Assembly: GCA_038896555.1 (NCBI GenBank) | Contig: JAWACZ010000006.1 | Location: 34,538 to 58,537, forward strand | Direction of reading: 5' to 3' | Source of the DNA: Candidatus Caldarchaeum sp. | GTDB lineage: Archaea; Thermoproteota; Nitrososphaeria_A; Caldarchaeales; Caldarchaeaceae | Length of the DNA: 24,000 nt | Part shown: positions 1 through 8,620 of the stretch, one piece after another | Position numbering within the stretch: the stretch's first letter is position 1 | Layout of the letters: each line of letters begins with the position of its first letter | Position numbers and translations under genes: made by a program | The notes under the pieces: generated by a model | Seen by the model: only the letters and a program-made list of their open reading frames with translations | What the model was told of the DNA's origin: nothing | Database searches by the model: none

Positions 1-204
1 TACATTAAGGGAGACTGCATCATTCTAGCCGGACACACCCATGGAGGGCTGGTCATAAACAACCAAACGCTTTTAAGCAACTCAAAGTATGTCCGCGGCC
101 TTTACAGGCTAGGAAACGGCACCGTCCTTTACGTCTCGCGGGGTCTCGGGCAAATGATACCTATAAGGCTGCTCTCGCCCCCTGAACTTCTTGTCCTTGT
201 TTAA
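1..204 (+). CDS. Calcineurin-like metallophosphoesterase, C-terminal fragment (5' end outside window)
   Basis: Frame +1 is open from nt 1 to TAA at 202-204. The translation YIKGDCIILAGHTHGGLVINN...YVSRGLGQ carries the GHTHGG block typical of the C-terminal half of metallophosphoesterases. Confidence 0.7.
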   Translation, partial: YIKGDCIILAGHTHGGLVINNQTLLSNSKYVRGLYRLGNGTVLYVSRGLGQMIPIRLLSPPELLVLV

Positions 205-239
205 AACTCTTAATAACAGGCGATGAACCCTGTCAACGG

Positions 240-752
240 ATGCAGCAGGCGGAAAAGGCCAGTAGACCGGGAGCTCTTTTCAGAAACGTCAGGATTGAGG
301 ATTTGATTCAAGTCATGAACATAAACAGGATATGCTTGCCTGAAAACTATACATACGGGTTCTTCGAGGACTTGGCCAGAGATTTCCCCAAGTCTTTTTG
401 GGTGGCGGAGGTGGACAGTAAGATTGTTGGATACATTATGTGCCGTGTAGAAAGAACCTTCTCCAAGTTTGATTTCCTCAAAATCAGAAAGGCTGGACAC
501 ATTGTGTCTATCGCTGTCCTACCTGAATACAGGAGAAGGGGTCTGGCGACAGAGCTGATCAAGCTGGCCCTTAACTCGCTGACGGTTGAGTATAGATGTG
601 ACGAGGCATACCTTGAGGTGAGAGTTTCCAACCATCCCGCAATCTCTCTTTACAGGAAGCTTGGGTTCATACCTCGTGAGGTTCAGAAAAGATATTACAT
701 GGACGGTGAGGACGCTCTGCTGATGGCTGTCAAGCTTCAGCCTCTTTCCTGA
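240..752 (+). CDS. ard1: N-alpha-acetyltransferase Ard1 (Naa10/RimI-type GNAT)
   Basis: 170-aa ORF with an ATG start. It resembles archaeal Ard1 / eukaryotic Naa10 nearly end to end (NINRICLPENY, GHIVSIAVLPEYRRRGLATEL acetyl-CoA motif, YLEVRVSNHPAISLYRKLGF, YYMDGEDALLM). A TATA-like TTTAAAA sits at 200-206, about 35 nt upstream. Confidence 0.9.
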   Translation: MQQAEKASRPGALFRNVRIEDLIQVMNINRICLPENYTYGFFEDLARDFPKSFWVAEVDSKIVGYIMCRVERTFSKFDFLKIRKAGHIVSIAVLPEYRRRGLATELIKLALNSLTVEYRCDEAYLEVRVSNHPAISLYRKLGFIPREVQKRYYMDGEDALLMAVKLQPLS

Positions 753-1441
753 AGGTGTTTGACCACCTTCTTCGCCTCCTCCAAGTCTTTATGGCTGTCT
801 ATGCTTATCCACTCCTCGTTTTCGTAGGGCATAGCCTTTATCGCATTCTTCTCAACCAGAAGCGGGAAAGTCACCTTCTCCAAATCGCCCGAGTCGGGTA
901 GATATTTAAAGACCTCCGATGTGAATGCGTAAACACCGGCGTTTATGTAGTTGGGAAGCTGAGGTTTCTCGGTGAATTTTCTGACGATGAGTGTTTTCTC
1001 ATCGAACTCGACGATGCCGTAGGGGGACGGAAGCCTAGTCAACGCGATGCACGCAATACACTCGTCCAGACCTTCAATCATCTTAAGCGGGTTCAGGGTT
1101 GTGAGGACGTCTCCGTTGACAACTATGAAAGACTTGTCAGATTTGAGGATGTGCTCCCCGTTTTTCAGGGCGCCGCCCGTTCCGAGCGGCTCGTCTTCAA
1201 CGGAGTATCCTATTTTGACCCCAAGCTTGCTTCCGCTGCCCAGCACCTCGATTATTCTCTCCTTCAAATAGCCAGCGCATACAACGAACTCTCTTATGCC
1301 GAAGCTCTTCAGCCACTCAATCTGCCATACTATGATGGGCTTCCCGGCGACGTCCAGCAAGGGTTTTGGAAGAGTCTCTGTCAGAGGCTTGAGTCGTTTT
1401 CCAAAACCTCCCGCCAGCAAAACTGCCTTCAAAACCATCAC
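737..1441 (-). CDS. Sugar-1-phosphate nucleotidyltransferase (NTP-transferase domain only; specificity undetermined)
   Basis: The N-terminal LLAGGFGKRLKPLTETLPKPLL signature, EDEPLGTGGAL and VNGDV blocks are present. Its start overlaps the cysS stop by 4 nt (1438-1441), which suggests co-transcription. Confidence 0.85.
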   Translation of the reverse strand: MMVLKAVLLAGGFGKRLKPLTETLPKPLLDVAGKPIIVWQIEWLKSFGIREFVVCAGYLKERIIEVLGSGSKLGVKIGYSVEDEPLGTGGALKNGEHILKSDKSFIVVNGDVLTTLNPLKMIEGLDECIACIALTRLPSPYGIVEFDEKTLIVRKFTEKPQLPNYINAGVYAFTSEVFKYLPDSGDLEKVTFPLLVEKNAIKAMPYENEEWISIDSHKDLEEAKKVVKHLQERG

Positions 1442-2877
1442 CTAACTATTCTGACGCGTTCACCTTCCTTCAAATCCTCTATGATGACTCCCCGTTCGGC
1501 GAGCTCTGACCTGATTTTATCTCCCAGGTCGTATAGCCCACGTTTCCTCAACTCTCTCCTCACATCCAGTAAAAGCTTTAGCAACTGTGTAGGCTCTAAC
1601 CCTTTCACCTGCTCCAGGCTATCCTGGAACAGGCCTAGGATGCCGAGCATCTTATACAATGACCCTTTAGCGTAGACCACGTCGTCCCTAGCTAAACCTT
1701 GTTTTTCAATACTTGAGTTGACGAACCTTACGAACTCGTGCAGGCTTGCTATGGCGTTTGATGTGTTGAAGTCGTTGGACATAAAACCTACAAAATCATC
1801 CATATAGATGTCAACCCTGGACTTGAACTCTGCCGAGCCCTTCCCAGTTTCAGCGGTCTCCTCAAGAATATGAAGGTCGTCTAGAAGGTTTTTGATTCTA
1901 GACGCGTTTTCAGAGGCTTGTTCCATAGCTTTCTCTGAGTAGTCCAGCGGTGTTCGGTAGTGGGCTGACAGGATGAAAAACCTTACGACATCCCTAGAAT
2001 AATTCTTCAACACGTCTCGTATTGTTAGGAAGTTGCCGAACGACTTGTGCATCCCCTTCCCGCCGACCGTCAGCTCTCCCGTGTGCAGCCAATATTTCAC
2101 GAATGGTTTTTTACCGGTAATAGCCTCAGACTGGGCTATCTCGTTTTCATGATGGGGGAATATCAGGTCTTGACCGCCTCCGTGGATGTCTATCTGTTCG
2201 CCTAAATACTTCATGCTCATCACCGAGCATTCGATGTGCCACCCTGGAAAACCTCTCCCCCAAGGCGTCTTCCATGACAGCGGGTAGACCTCCGGCGCTT
2301 CTTTCCAGAGGGCGAAGTCGGCAGGGTTTCGTTTCCTAGGGTCAGGGTCTATCCTATGTTTAACCAGCTCCTCGGCCTTTATTCCGGAAAGCTTACCATA
2401 GTCCGTGACTTTGCTCACGTCGAAGTATATGCTCCCGTCAACTTTGTAGGCGTAGCCTTTGTCCAAAAGTTTCTCAACAGCTTCTATTATGTCAGGTATG
2501 TGCATGCTAGCCCTCGGCTGTATGTCAGGTCTTCCAACGCCTAGCGCGTTCATATCGCTGAAAAACTCCATCATGTATTTGTCAGCAACTTCCATGGGGT
2601 GTTTTTTCAGCCTTGCAGCACCCTGCATCATCTTGTCCTCTCCCGTCTCACGTAGATGACCTACATCCGTAACATTCCTAGCATACTTGACTGTGTAGCC
2701 CATGAACTCCAGGAACCTTATGATTGCGTCAAACGCCACGTAGGTACGCGCGTGACCCAAGTGGGCCACGTCGTAGACGGTGGGGCCGCATACGTATATG
2801 GTGACAAACCCAGCCGTCCAAGGCTCGAAAACTTCAAGAGACCTCGACAGAGTGTTGTAAACCCTTATCCTTTTCAA
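1438..2877 (-). CDS. cysS: Cysteinyl-tRNA synthetase
   Basis: 479 aa. It has a HIGH motif as HLGHAR, CysRS blocks [18 protein letters not shown] and FPHHENE, and a KMSKS variant GMHKSFGN. The TTG start at 2877 gives a canonical N-terminus ([12 protein letters not shown]), and no nearby ATG is available. Confidence 0.95.
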   Translation of the reverse strand: MKRIRVYNTLSRSLEVFEPWTAGFVTIYVCGPTVYDVAHLGHARTYVAFDAIIRFLEFMGYTVKYARNVTDVGHLRETGEDKMMQGAARLKKHPMEVADKYMMEFFSDMNALGVGRPDIQPRASMHIPDIIEAVEKLLDKGYAYKVDGSIYFDVSKVTDYGKLSGIKAEELVKHRIDPDPRKRNPADFALWKEAPEVYPLSWKTPWGRGFPGWHIECSVMSMKYLGEQIDIHGGGQDLIFPHHENEIAQSEAITGKKPFVKYWLHTGELTVGGKGMHKSFGNFLTIRDVLKNYSRDVVRFFILSAHYRTPLDYSEKAMEQASENASRIKNLLDDLHILEETAETGKGSAEFKSRVDIYMDDFVGFMSNDFNTSNAIASLHEFVRFVNSSIEKQGLARDDVVYAKGSLYKMLGILGLFQDSLEQVKGLEPTQLLKLLLDVRRELRKRGLYDLGDKIRSELAERGVIIEDLKEGERVRIVR

Positions 2878-2895
2878 GCCGGCTTTTCACCTACT

Positions 2896-2943
2896 GCGAA
2901 AAATATATTTTTGAACGTGAGCGTTTCAGCGAAAATTTTATAA
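2896..2943. promoter_or_regulatory. Divergent cysS/tfb promoter region with two BRE/TATA-like elements
   Basis: GCGAAAAATATATTTTT (2896-2912) is centred about 28 nt from the cysS TTG, which fits a leaderless cysS mRNA on the minus strand. GCGAAAATTTTATAA (2929-2943) has the purine-rich BRE-like part upstream of TATA on the + strand and so points toward tfb. Confidence 0.45.
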
Positions 2944-2975
2944 GCTAGGATAAACACGATCAGCCCAGAAAGACT

Positions 2976-3010
2976 TATAGGCAGAGGCATACGCACACTT
3001 CCTGCCTATA
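2976..3010 (+). promoter_or_regulatory. Perfect 9-bp inverted repeat (TATAGGCAG N17 CTGCCTATA) directly upstream of tfb
   Basis: Read directly: 2976-2984 TATAGGCAG and 3002-3010 CTGCCTATA. The repeat extends to 12 bp with one mismatch (2973-2984 / 3002-3013). It lies between the 2936-2943 TATA and the tfb start at 3035, so it is either an operator or a 5'-leader hairpin. Confidence 0.4.
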
Positions 3011-3034
3011 CGTCTTTCTTGAGGGTGAAAAGGC

Positions 3035-3958
3035 TTGGTTAGAAAAAGCTGGAGAGAGTTGGAGTTCTGTCCGGAATGCGGAAATGAGATGCTTGTCACT
3101 GACCAGAGGACCGGGGAGGTTACATGCCCCGTCTGCGGCTACGTAGTCCAGGAAAAGGATGTTGACATGGGACCTGAGTGGCGAAACCTTGACGAGGAAG
3201 AGGGTAGCAGAAGCAGGGTTGGAGCACCGCTGTCGCCGATGTACAGAGACCACGGCCTGTCGACGGTGATTGAGAGGATTGACGAAGACGCGGCTGGAAG
3301 AAAGCTGCCGAAGGAAACGAGGGAGAAAATGCTTAGGCTTAAAAAGCTCGACGCAACATCCCAGATAAACTCCAGCGAGACAAGAAATCTTCAGCAAGCC
3401 GTAAACATACTCCAGATATACTATGACAAGCTACGTCTCTCACAACCTGTTGCCGAGAGGGCTATGCTGATATACAGAAGGGCTTTGAAGGCAGGGCTTG
3501 TACGTGGCAGGTCGATAAAATCGATAATGGCTGCAGCCACATATGCTGCGTGCAGAATGCTAGGAACGCCACGGGACCTGAGAGAGTTTGAACGGGCTTA
3601 CCCGGCGGTAAAACGTAAGACGATTGCACAAGGTTACAGACTGCTGCTCAAACACCTAGGGCTGAAAGTTCCCGTCGCAGACCCTTCAATCTACGTCAAC
3701 AAAATAGCTTCTAAGGTAGGCTTGGACCAGAGAACTGTGCAAGAGGCTTTGAGGCTTCTGAACGAAGCGGTGAAGAAGAAGGCGACGGTTGGTAAGGACC
3801 CGGTAGGAATCGCCGCAGCAGCCCTCTACATGGCTTGCCAAGAGACAACTCAAAACCTTACGCAAAAAGACATAGCCAAGGCCGCTGGCGTGACAGAAGT
3901 TACTGTGCGAAACCGGTTCAAAGGGTTGAAGGACATCCTCGAAAGCGTAGCAGCCTAA
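3035..3958 (+). CDS. tfb: Transcription initiation factor IIB (TFB)
   Basis: It has an N-terminal zinc ribbon (CPECG...CPVCG), a B-reader/linker (DMGPEWR...SRSRVGAP), two cyclin-like repeats and a C-terminal VTEVTVRNRFK helix. The start is TTG at 3035 (alternative TTG at 3059), with no upstream in-frame ATG. Confidence 0.93.
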   Translation: MVRKSWRELEFCPECGNEMLVTDQRTGEVTCPVCGYVVQEKDVDMGPEWRNLDEEEGSRSRVGAPLSPMYRDHGLSTVIERIDEDAAGRKLPKETREKMLRLKKLDATSQINSSETRNLQQAVNILQIYYDKLRLSQPVAERAMLIYRRALKAGLVRGRSIKSIMAAATYAACRMLGTPRDLREFERAYPAVKRKTIAQGYRLLLKHLGLKVPVADPSIYVNKIASKVGLDQRTVQEALRLLNEAVKKKATVGKDPVGIAAAALYMACQETTQNLTQKDIAKAAGVTEVTVRNRFKGLKDILESVAA

Positions 3959-4263
3959 ATAACCTCTATATTTTCCTCCGAAAGGCCCATCTGCAGCAGA
4001 GCGTCTTTCGCCTTATCACGATGGTCGCCTTGCAAGAGTATCATGCCGTCTTTGACCACTCCACCGCATGCAAGCACAGTTTTTAGCCGGGATGCTATCT
4101 CCTGCAGGTCTTTTTTCGTCCCGTTCAAACCTTCGATGACGGTGGTTGGCTTGTTCCATTTACGACGCTCAAGCTTTATCTTCACCCTCTGCTGTTCACG
4201 GCTTATCGTGCCGCAAACGCAGATCGATTTGGGGAGACCGCATGTGGAGCAAATGTCCGCCAT
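3955..4263 (-). CDS. sui1: Translation initiation factor aSUI1 (eIF1 homologue)
   Basis: 102 aa with an ATG start. It has an N-terminal CxxC...CxC knuckle (CSTCGLPKSICVC) followed by the SUI1 fold (RKWNKPTTVIEGL...LACGGVVKDGMILLQGDHRDK). A GAGGA-type RBS lies about 8 nt upstream. Its 3' end overlaps the tfb stop by 4 nt. Confidence 0.92.
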   Translation of the reverse strand: MADICSTCGLPKSICVCGTISREQQRVKIKLERRKWNKPTTVIEGLNGTKKDLQEIASRLKTVLACGGVVKDGMILLQGDHRDKAKDALLQMGLSEENIEVI

Positions 4264-4309
4264 TATTTCTTCCTCGTCCTCACCTAACTATGTGTCTCAA
4301 GGGTTGTTT

Positions 4310-5035
4310 TTAAGCGTTAGCGCCCCCAACACCACGGTCATAAACCGTCTTTCTCCTCCGGTATTCCTCTATGTCGTAAGCGTATTTCGCCGGTACGCCG
4401 TAGACGACCACGTTTGGGGGAACGTTTTTTGTCACAACAGACCCGGCTCCTACTACCGCACCCTCGCCTATCTCGACGCCTGGCAGTATTACGGCACCAG
4501 CTCCTATAACAGCGCCTTCACCTATAGAAGGCCCTTTCAACGGAGAAGCGACAGGATAAGGGTCGTTGGTCATAACCACACCAGGCCCAATGAACACCCT
4601 GTCCATCACTTTGGTCAAATGCGGAATATATACGCTGGATTGTATGTTGACGTCACGTCCTATTAGAACTGTGCCGTCGAGAAGCGTGTAGCTGCCTATT
4701 CGTGAACCGCTTCTTATAACGCTGCCCGACCTGATGAGCACGTTATGCCCCAGCTCCACCCCGCTCTCAATCATGACGTCGTCATAGATGATACATCCTC
4801 TTCTGACAACGCAGCCAGGCCCTATGAAGGAGCCTAAGCTCGCCCTGTCAAGGATGTCTGCAACAGAGCCGTTGAAGTCTCCAATAGAGTCCATGAGCCT
4901 TTTACGCGACGGATAGCCAATAGTTACCCCGTCGTCAATTAAAGCTTTCTCACCTATTTCGGTGGAGCCGTAGACATAAGAAAACTTTGAGACGAAACCG
5001 TTAACCCTCGCACAGGGCGATATGTACCCCGACAT
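4310..5035 (-). CDS. Left-handed beta-helix (hexapeptide-repeat) acyl/acetyltransferase
   Basis: Repeated [LIV]-G-x4 hexapeptides run through the C-terminal two thirds (IGPGVVMTND, IGEGAVIGAGAVILPGVEIGEGAVVGAGSVV). I chose the ATG at 5035 (MSGYISP...) over the track's 5137 because 5036-5116 looks like a divergent promoter. Confidence 0.8.
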   Translation of the reverse strand: MSGYISPCARVNGFVSKFSYVYGSTEIGEKALIDDGVTIGYPSRKRLMDSIGDFNGSVADILDRASLGSFIGPGCVVRRGCIIYDDVMIESGVELGHNVLIRSGSVIRSGSRIGSYTLLDGTVLIGRDVNIQSSVYIPHLTKVMDRVFIGPGVVMTNDPYPVASPLKGPSIGEGAVIGAGAVILPGVEIGEGAVVGAGSVVTKNVPPNVVVYGVPAKYAYDIEEYRRRKTVYDRGVGGANA

Positions 5036-5055
5036 CGCAACAAAACACCGTGGAC

Positions 5056-5093
5056 GGTATTTAATTTTTGCTTCGGATTTAAATCTATATAGG
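5056..5093. promoter_or_regulatory. Divergent promoter region (acyltransferase / hydrolase)
   Basis: GGTATTTAATTTTTG (5056-5070) is centred about 27 nt from ATG 5035 on the minus strand. AAATCTATATAGG (5081-5093) is centred about 29 nt from ATG 5117 on the plus strand. A 10-bp palindrome GATTTAAATC (5076-5085) lies between them. Confidence 0.45.
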
Positions 5094-5116
5094 CTGAAGA
5101 TGGTAGTGTTGTTTAA

Positions 5117-5947
5117 ATGACTGCGTGGCTGGCTCACGTAGACAAGGGACGTGTTACCAAGGTAGAGGGGGTGGAGACTTTTTACCTAGATCTAGGGCGT
5201 GGCCATCCTTTGTTGCTGATTCACGGATGGGGTTCTTCCTCTTTTAGCTGGCGAAAAAATTATCCAGTCCTGTCCAGCGTTTTCAGGGTTGTGGCGGTAG
5301 ATTTGCCGGGTTTCGGGATGTCAAGCAGGCTTCCATCCGGCTTTCATCTAGACACCGTTTCATCTCACCTCTTCCATTTCTTGGAAACGCTGGGTATTGA
5401 CCGCGTCTCTTTGATAGGTCATTCGATGGGCGGGGCTATAGCCTCCCATATGGCAGCGCAGCAACCTGAGAAAGTCTCTAAGCTTGTCCTTGTAAGCCCA
5501 AGCCTTTTAGGGGAAGGGTCTGGGAAGAGGCCGTTTTTCGTCGAGCTGGCCCGAAACAAGTTTGTCGGCAAGGTTTTGGCGAGAGTTATGTTAAACAGAT
5601 ACTTTGTGAGAAGAGCTTTGAAAAACGCGTACAGTAACCCGGGCTTGGTGGACGAGGAGATGGTTGAGGGATATTTTCAGTCGGTCGTCAGGTCTGGGCC
5701 CGTCCTCTTAGATGCTTTCAACATTATGCGAGAGTTCAACCTGAGCGTGATGGAAAAAATCGAATGTGACATTTTGTTCGTGCTAGGCGAGAAAGATTCA
5801 TGGGTTCCAGCTGACGGGAACAGAGCGATTGCTGAAAGGACTGGAGCTAAGCTTGTTGTAATTCCTGACGCAGGTCACAGCCCTCATGAAGAAAAACACG
5901 AGCAGGTCAACAACATCATTATAACATTCCTGCAGAGCAGTATGTAA
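5117..5947 (+). CDS. Alpha/beta-fold hydrolase
   Basis: It has an HGWGSS oxyanion-hole block, a GHSMGG nucleophile elbow, an acid in EKDSWVP and the catalytic His in DAGHSPHEE. The substrate is unknown. Confidence 0.85.
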   Translation: MTAWLAHVDKGRVTKVEGVETFYLDLGRGHPLLLIHGWGSSSFSWRKNYPVLSSVFRVVAVDLPGFGMSSRLPSGFHLDTVSSHLFHFLETLGIDRVSLIGHSMGGAIASHMAAQQPEKVSKLVLVSPSLLGEGSGKRPFFVELARNKFVGKVLARVMLNRYFVRRALKNAYSNPGLVDEEMVEGYFQSVVRSGPVLLDAFNIMREFNLSVMEKIECDILFVLGEKDSWVPADGNRAIAERTGAKLVVIPDAGHSPHEEKHEQVNNIIITFLQSSM

Positions 5948-5948
5948 G

Positions 5949-6161
5949 ATGGACAGGAAGAGGATTGCTCCGATTCTGCTCGAGATTTTGATGTCCAGCG
6001 TCAACAGCAGCCGTGTTCCGCCCGAGCTAGGCTGGGCTGTGTGGGAAATGTTCCGAAAAAACAGGCTGGACAAGCCTGACGGGTTTAAAGTCTTGGTTAA
6101 AGCTTGCAAACATTGCGAGCCGGAGAAGACGGCCAAGGTCTTAAGAGGTGAAGAATCGTGA
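5949..6161 (+). CDS. Hypothetical 70-aa protein (one CxxC, basic)
   Basis: Its ATG lies 1 nt after the hydrolase stop, and its TGA overlaps the GTG start of the next gene (GTGA at 6158-6161). I recognise no family. The call rests only on this tight translational coupling. Confidence 0.45.
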   Translation: MDRKRIAPILLEILMSSVNSSRVPPELGWAVWEMFRKNRLDKPDGFKVLVKACKHCEPEKTAKVLRGEES

Positions 6162-7114
6162 GACCCTTCTTCTCAATCGAGCTGGTCCCGAAAGACCCGA
6201 TTTGGAAGCTTTTGATAGCGGCAAATCTGGTGGAAAAAAGAGGGTTTGACGGTATATGGGTTAGCGACCATTTCTTCAACAGAAACTGCTTCATGACGCT
6301 TTCTACGCTGGCGCTGCACACGCGTAGAGTGGCTATAGGGCCCGCGGTCGTGAACCCCTACTTAACACATCCTACGACGATTGCTCAGATGACTGCAACG
6401 CTTTGGGAGCTGGCGCCGAACAGGGTTCGTGTGGCGGTGGGAGCCGGAGATGCATTATCCCTCAAACAACTAGGTATCGAAAGAAAGAAGCCCGTCGAGA
6501 AGGTTAGAGAGACAGTTAAACACGTCAGGGGAATGCTCTTCAACTCAGGTTTGCTAGAGACTTACCCTGTTTCAGATGTTAAGGTGTTTGTAGGGGCTCA
6601 AGGAAAGAAAATGATGAGAATGGCTACGGATGTTGCAAACGGTGTTTTAGTGAACTGGTCGAGCTTGGACAAGCTGTTGGAAGCCGCGGAAATGTTAAAA
6701 ACAGTCAATGTGAAGGGCTTTTGGAAGGCCGCCTACATCATAACCTCGGTCCACGACGACGAGGCGAAGGCCCGTAAGACAGCGGTTCCTTTCGCCGCTT
6801 ACTTGATGGTGGGAGCGCATAAAGATTATTTGGAAGAACTCGGTATAGGCTTGGATTTCAGAAACCAGGTTGAACAATTACTCCAGTCGAAAAACTGGGA
6901 TAAGCTTTATGACGTAAGCGGCGCAGATTGGGTGGACCATTTCTGCGTGTGGGGCAAGCCGAAAAAGCTGGAAGATTTCACCACCAGCCTGGTTGAGGCA
7001 GGCTACAACGAAGTAGTTTACGCAGGGCCTTTAGGGCCAAGATACTTGAATGCACTTAAGCACATCACTCTAATATGTCGGCGTATCAGGAGAGAGTGGG
7101 CTGACTTTGGCTGA
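6158..7114 (+). CDS. Luciferase-like (LLM) F420-dependent oxidoreductase, Mer (methylene-H4MPT reductase)-like
   Basis: By eye it aligns along its length with Mer-family proteins (FSIELVP...GFDGIWVSDHFFNRN...IGPAVVNPYLTHP...VGAGD...VGAQGKKMMRMATDVANGVLVN). GTG start. Confidence 0.8.
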   Translation: MRPFFSIELVPKDPIWKLLIAANLVEKRGFDGIWVSDHFFNRNCFMTLSTLALHTRRVAIGPAVVNPYLTHPTTIAQMTATLWELAPNRVRVAVGAGDALSLKQLGIERKKPVEKVRETVKHVRGMLFNSGLLETYPVSDVKVFVGAQGKKMMRMATDVANGVLVNWSSLDKLLEAAEMLKTVNVKGFWKAAYIITSVHDDEAKARKTAVPFAAYLMVGAHKDYLEELGIGLDFRNQVEQLLQSKNWDKLYDVSGADWVDHFCVWGKPKKLEDFTTSLVEAGYNEVVYAGPLGPRYLNALKHITLICRRIRREWADFG

Positions 7115-8612
7115 ACAAGCTTTGCTGACGAGGCCGGAAGTTGAAAGGCTAAAGAAAGAGCTGGCAGCGAAGCTGAAGCTGTCAAAAATACCCTCCGACG
7201 CCGAGCTGCCGTTTCTCATGGAATCATGGAAAAAACGAGTCGTGAAAAAGCCGGTCAAAACGGCCTCCGGCGTCGCGGTGATAACCGTTGTGGCGCCGAT
7301 TTTCAGCTGTCCACACGGCAGATGTGTTTACTGTCCTGGAGGAAGGCCTTATGGAACGCCTCAAAGCTACACCGGAGAGGAAGCTATAGTAAAGAATGCT
7401 GCATCAGTAGGATACGACCCCCACAACCAAGTGGCTGCAGCCGTTCAAAAACTTCGTTCCATGAGTCATCCAGTTGACAAGGTTGAGCTCATCATAATAG
7501 GTGGAACCTTCACAGCAACGTCCCACGATTTTCAAACAAGATTCATTCAAAGATGCTTAGATGCCTTAAACGGCAGGGCTTCTAGAAGTTTGGATGAAGC
7601 CCTCTCTCTAGCGGAGAACGCTGAGATACATGTGTCAGGCATCACCGTCGAGACGAAGCCTGATTGGGCTAAAAAACACGTGGCGTCAAAGCTTGTTGAC
7701 ATGGGTGTGACACGGGTTGAGATAGGAGTTCAAGCATTAGACGACTCTATACTTTGTTTGGTCAGAAGAGGCCATTCGCTCGAGGATGTTGTAGAAGCTA
7801 CCGCGGACCTGAAGGATTTGGCCTTCAAAGTATGTTACCATATGATGCCCAACCTGCCTGGCTCGTCGCCAGCTAAAGACCTTCAAATGCTCACACAACT
7901 TTTTGAGGACGAAAGATACAGGCCCGACCAGCTCAAGATATATCCAACGCTCGTGCTACCTGGAACCGATTTGGAGAAGATGTGGAGGGACGGCGTATAC
8001 AAACCCTACTCCGACGAAGAACTCGTTGACGTCTTAGCCGAGTTCATGAGAAAGGTGCCTCCCTACGTCAGGATTACACGGATACAGCGAGAGATACCGT
8101 TGAAGATTGCTTTAGATGGTTTGAAAACGCCTAACGTTAGGCAGGTGGTTGAGGAGAGAGTTGGCGGTGCCTGCAGATGTATCAGATGCAGAGAGCATGG
8201 TCATAAGAGCGGGAATGTAAACCCCTTGAAGGCTGAGTTAAACAGATACATCTACAAAGCTTCAGGGGGTATCGAGTATTTCGTATCCTTCGACGACCCA
8301 GATTCCGATGCTTTACTCGGGTTTGTAAGAGTTAGGATTCCAGGTCGAGCGTTAAGAAAAGAGCTTGAGAACGCAGCTCTTGTCAGAGAGCTGCATGTAT
8401 ATGGCTTCCTACGCCCTGTAGGAGCGGGTGCTGTAGAAAACTCTTCTCAGCACAGGGGTTTGGGAAGGTTTTTGATGGCTGAGGCTGAAAAGATAGCTTT
8501 CGAAGAACACGGTATGGATAAGCTTGCGGTAATTAGCGGCGTCGGCGTTAGGAACTACTATCGAAAGCTTGGATACAGGCTTGAAGGACCATACATGTGT
8601 AAGGAGGCCTGA
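7107..8612 (+). CDS. elp3: Elp3-type radical-SAM / GNAT tRNA wobble-uridine modification enzyme
   Basis: It has a radical-SAM cluster motif CPHGRCVYCPGG preceded by KPVKTASGVAVITVV, a central TIM-barrel region and a C-terminal GNAT (QHRGLGRFLMAEAEKIA). The TTG start at 7107 overlaps the upstream gene by 8 nt, and the exact start is uncertain. Confidence 0.9.
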   Translation: MAEQALLTRPEVERLKKELAAKLKLSKIPSDAELPFLMESWKKRVVKKPVKTASGVAVITVVAPIFSCPHGRCVYCPGGRPYGTPQSYTGEEAIVKNAASVGYDPHNQVAAAVQKLRSMSHPVDKVELIIIGGTFTATSHDFQTRFIQRCLDALNGRASRSLDEALSLAENAEIHVSGITVETKPDWAKKHVASKLVDMGVTRVEIGVQALDDSILCLVRRGHSLEDVVEATADLKDLAFKVCYHMMPNLPGSSPAKDLQMLTQLFEDERYRPDQLKIYPTLVLPGTDLEKMWRDGVYKPYSDEELVDVLAEFMRKVPPYVRITRIQREIPLKIALDGLKTPNVRQVVEERVGGACRCIRCREHGHKSGNVNPLKAELNRYIYKASGGIEYFVSFDDPDSDALLGFVRVRIPGRALRKELENAALVRELHVYGFLRPVGAGAVENSSQHRGLGRFLMAEAEKIAFEEHGMDKLAVISGVGVRNYYRKLGYRLEGPYMCKEA

Positions 8613-8620
8613 AAACAGAA

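Noticed and set aside
1151-1675. 174-aa ORF on the + strand
   Set aside because: It is antisense across the nucleotidyltransferase/cysS junction. The composition is Ser/Leu-rich and no motif is present, so it is a shadow ORF.
2975-3397. 140-aa ORF on the - strand
   Set aside because: It is antisense to the N-terminal third of tfb, and its 5' end would sit inside the tfb coding region with no promoter. It is a shadow ORF.
4043-4666. 207-aa ORF on the + strand
   Set aside because: It is antisense to sui1 and the hexapeptide acyltransferase and spans their intergenic gap. It is Ser/Pro/Val-rich and low in complexity, with no promoter-like sequence upstream.
5036-5137. 34-codon N-terminal extension of the hexapeptide acyltransferase (track start 5137)
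   Set aside because: The extension reads through AT-rich TATA-like sequence and would overlap the start of the divergent hydrolase gene. The internal ATG at 5035 has a TATA-like box about 27 nt upstream.
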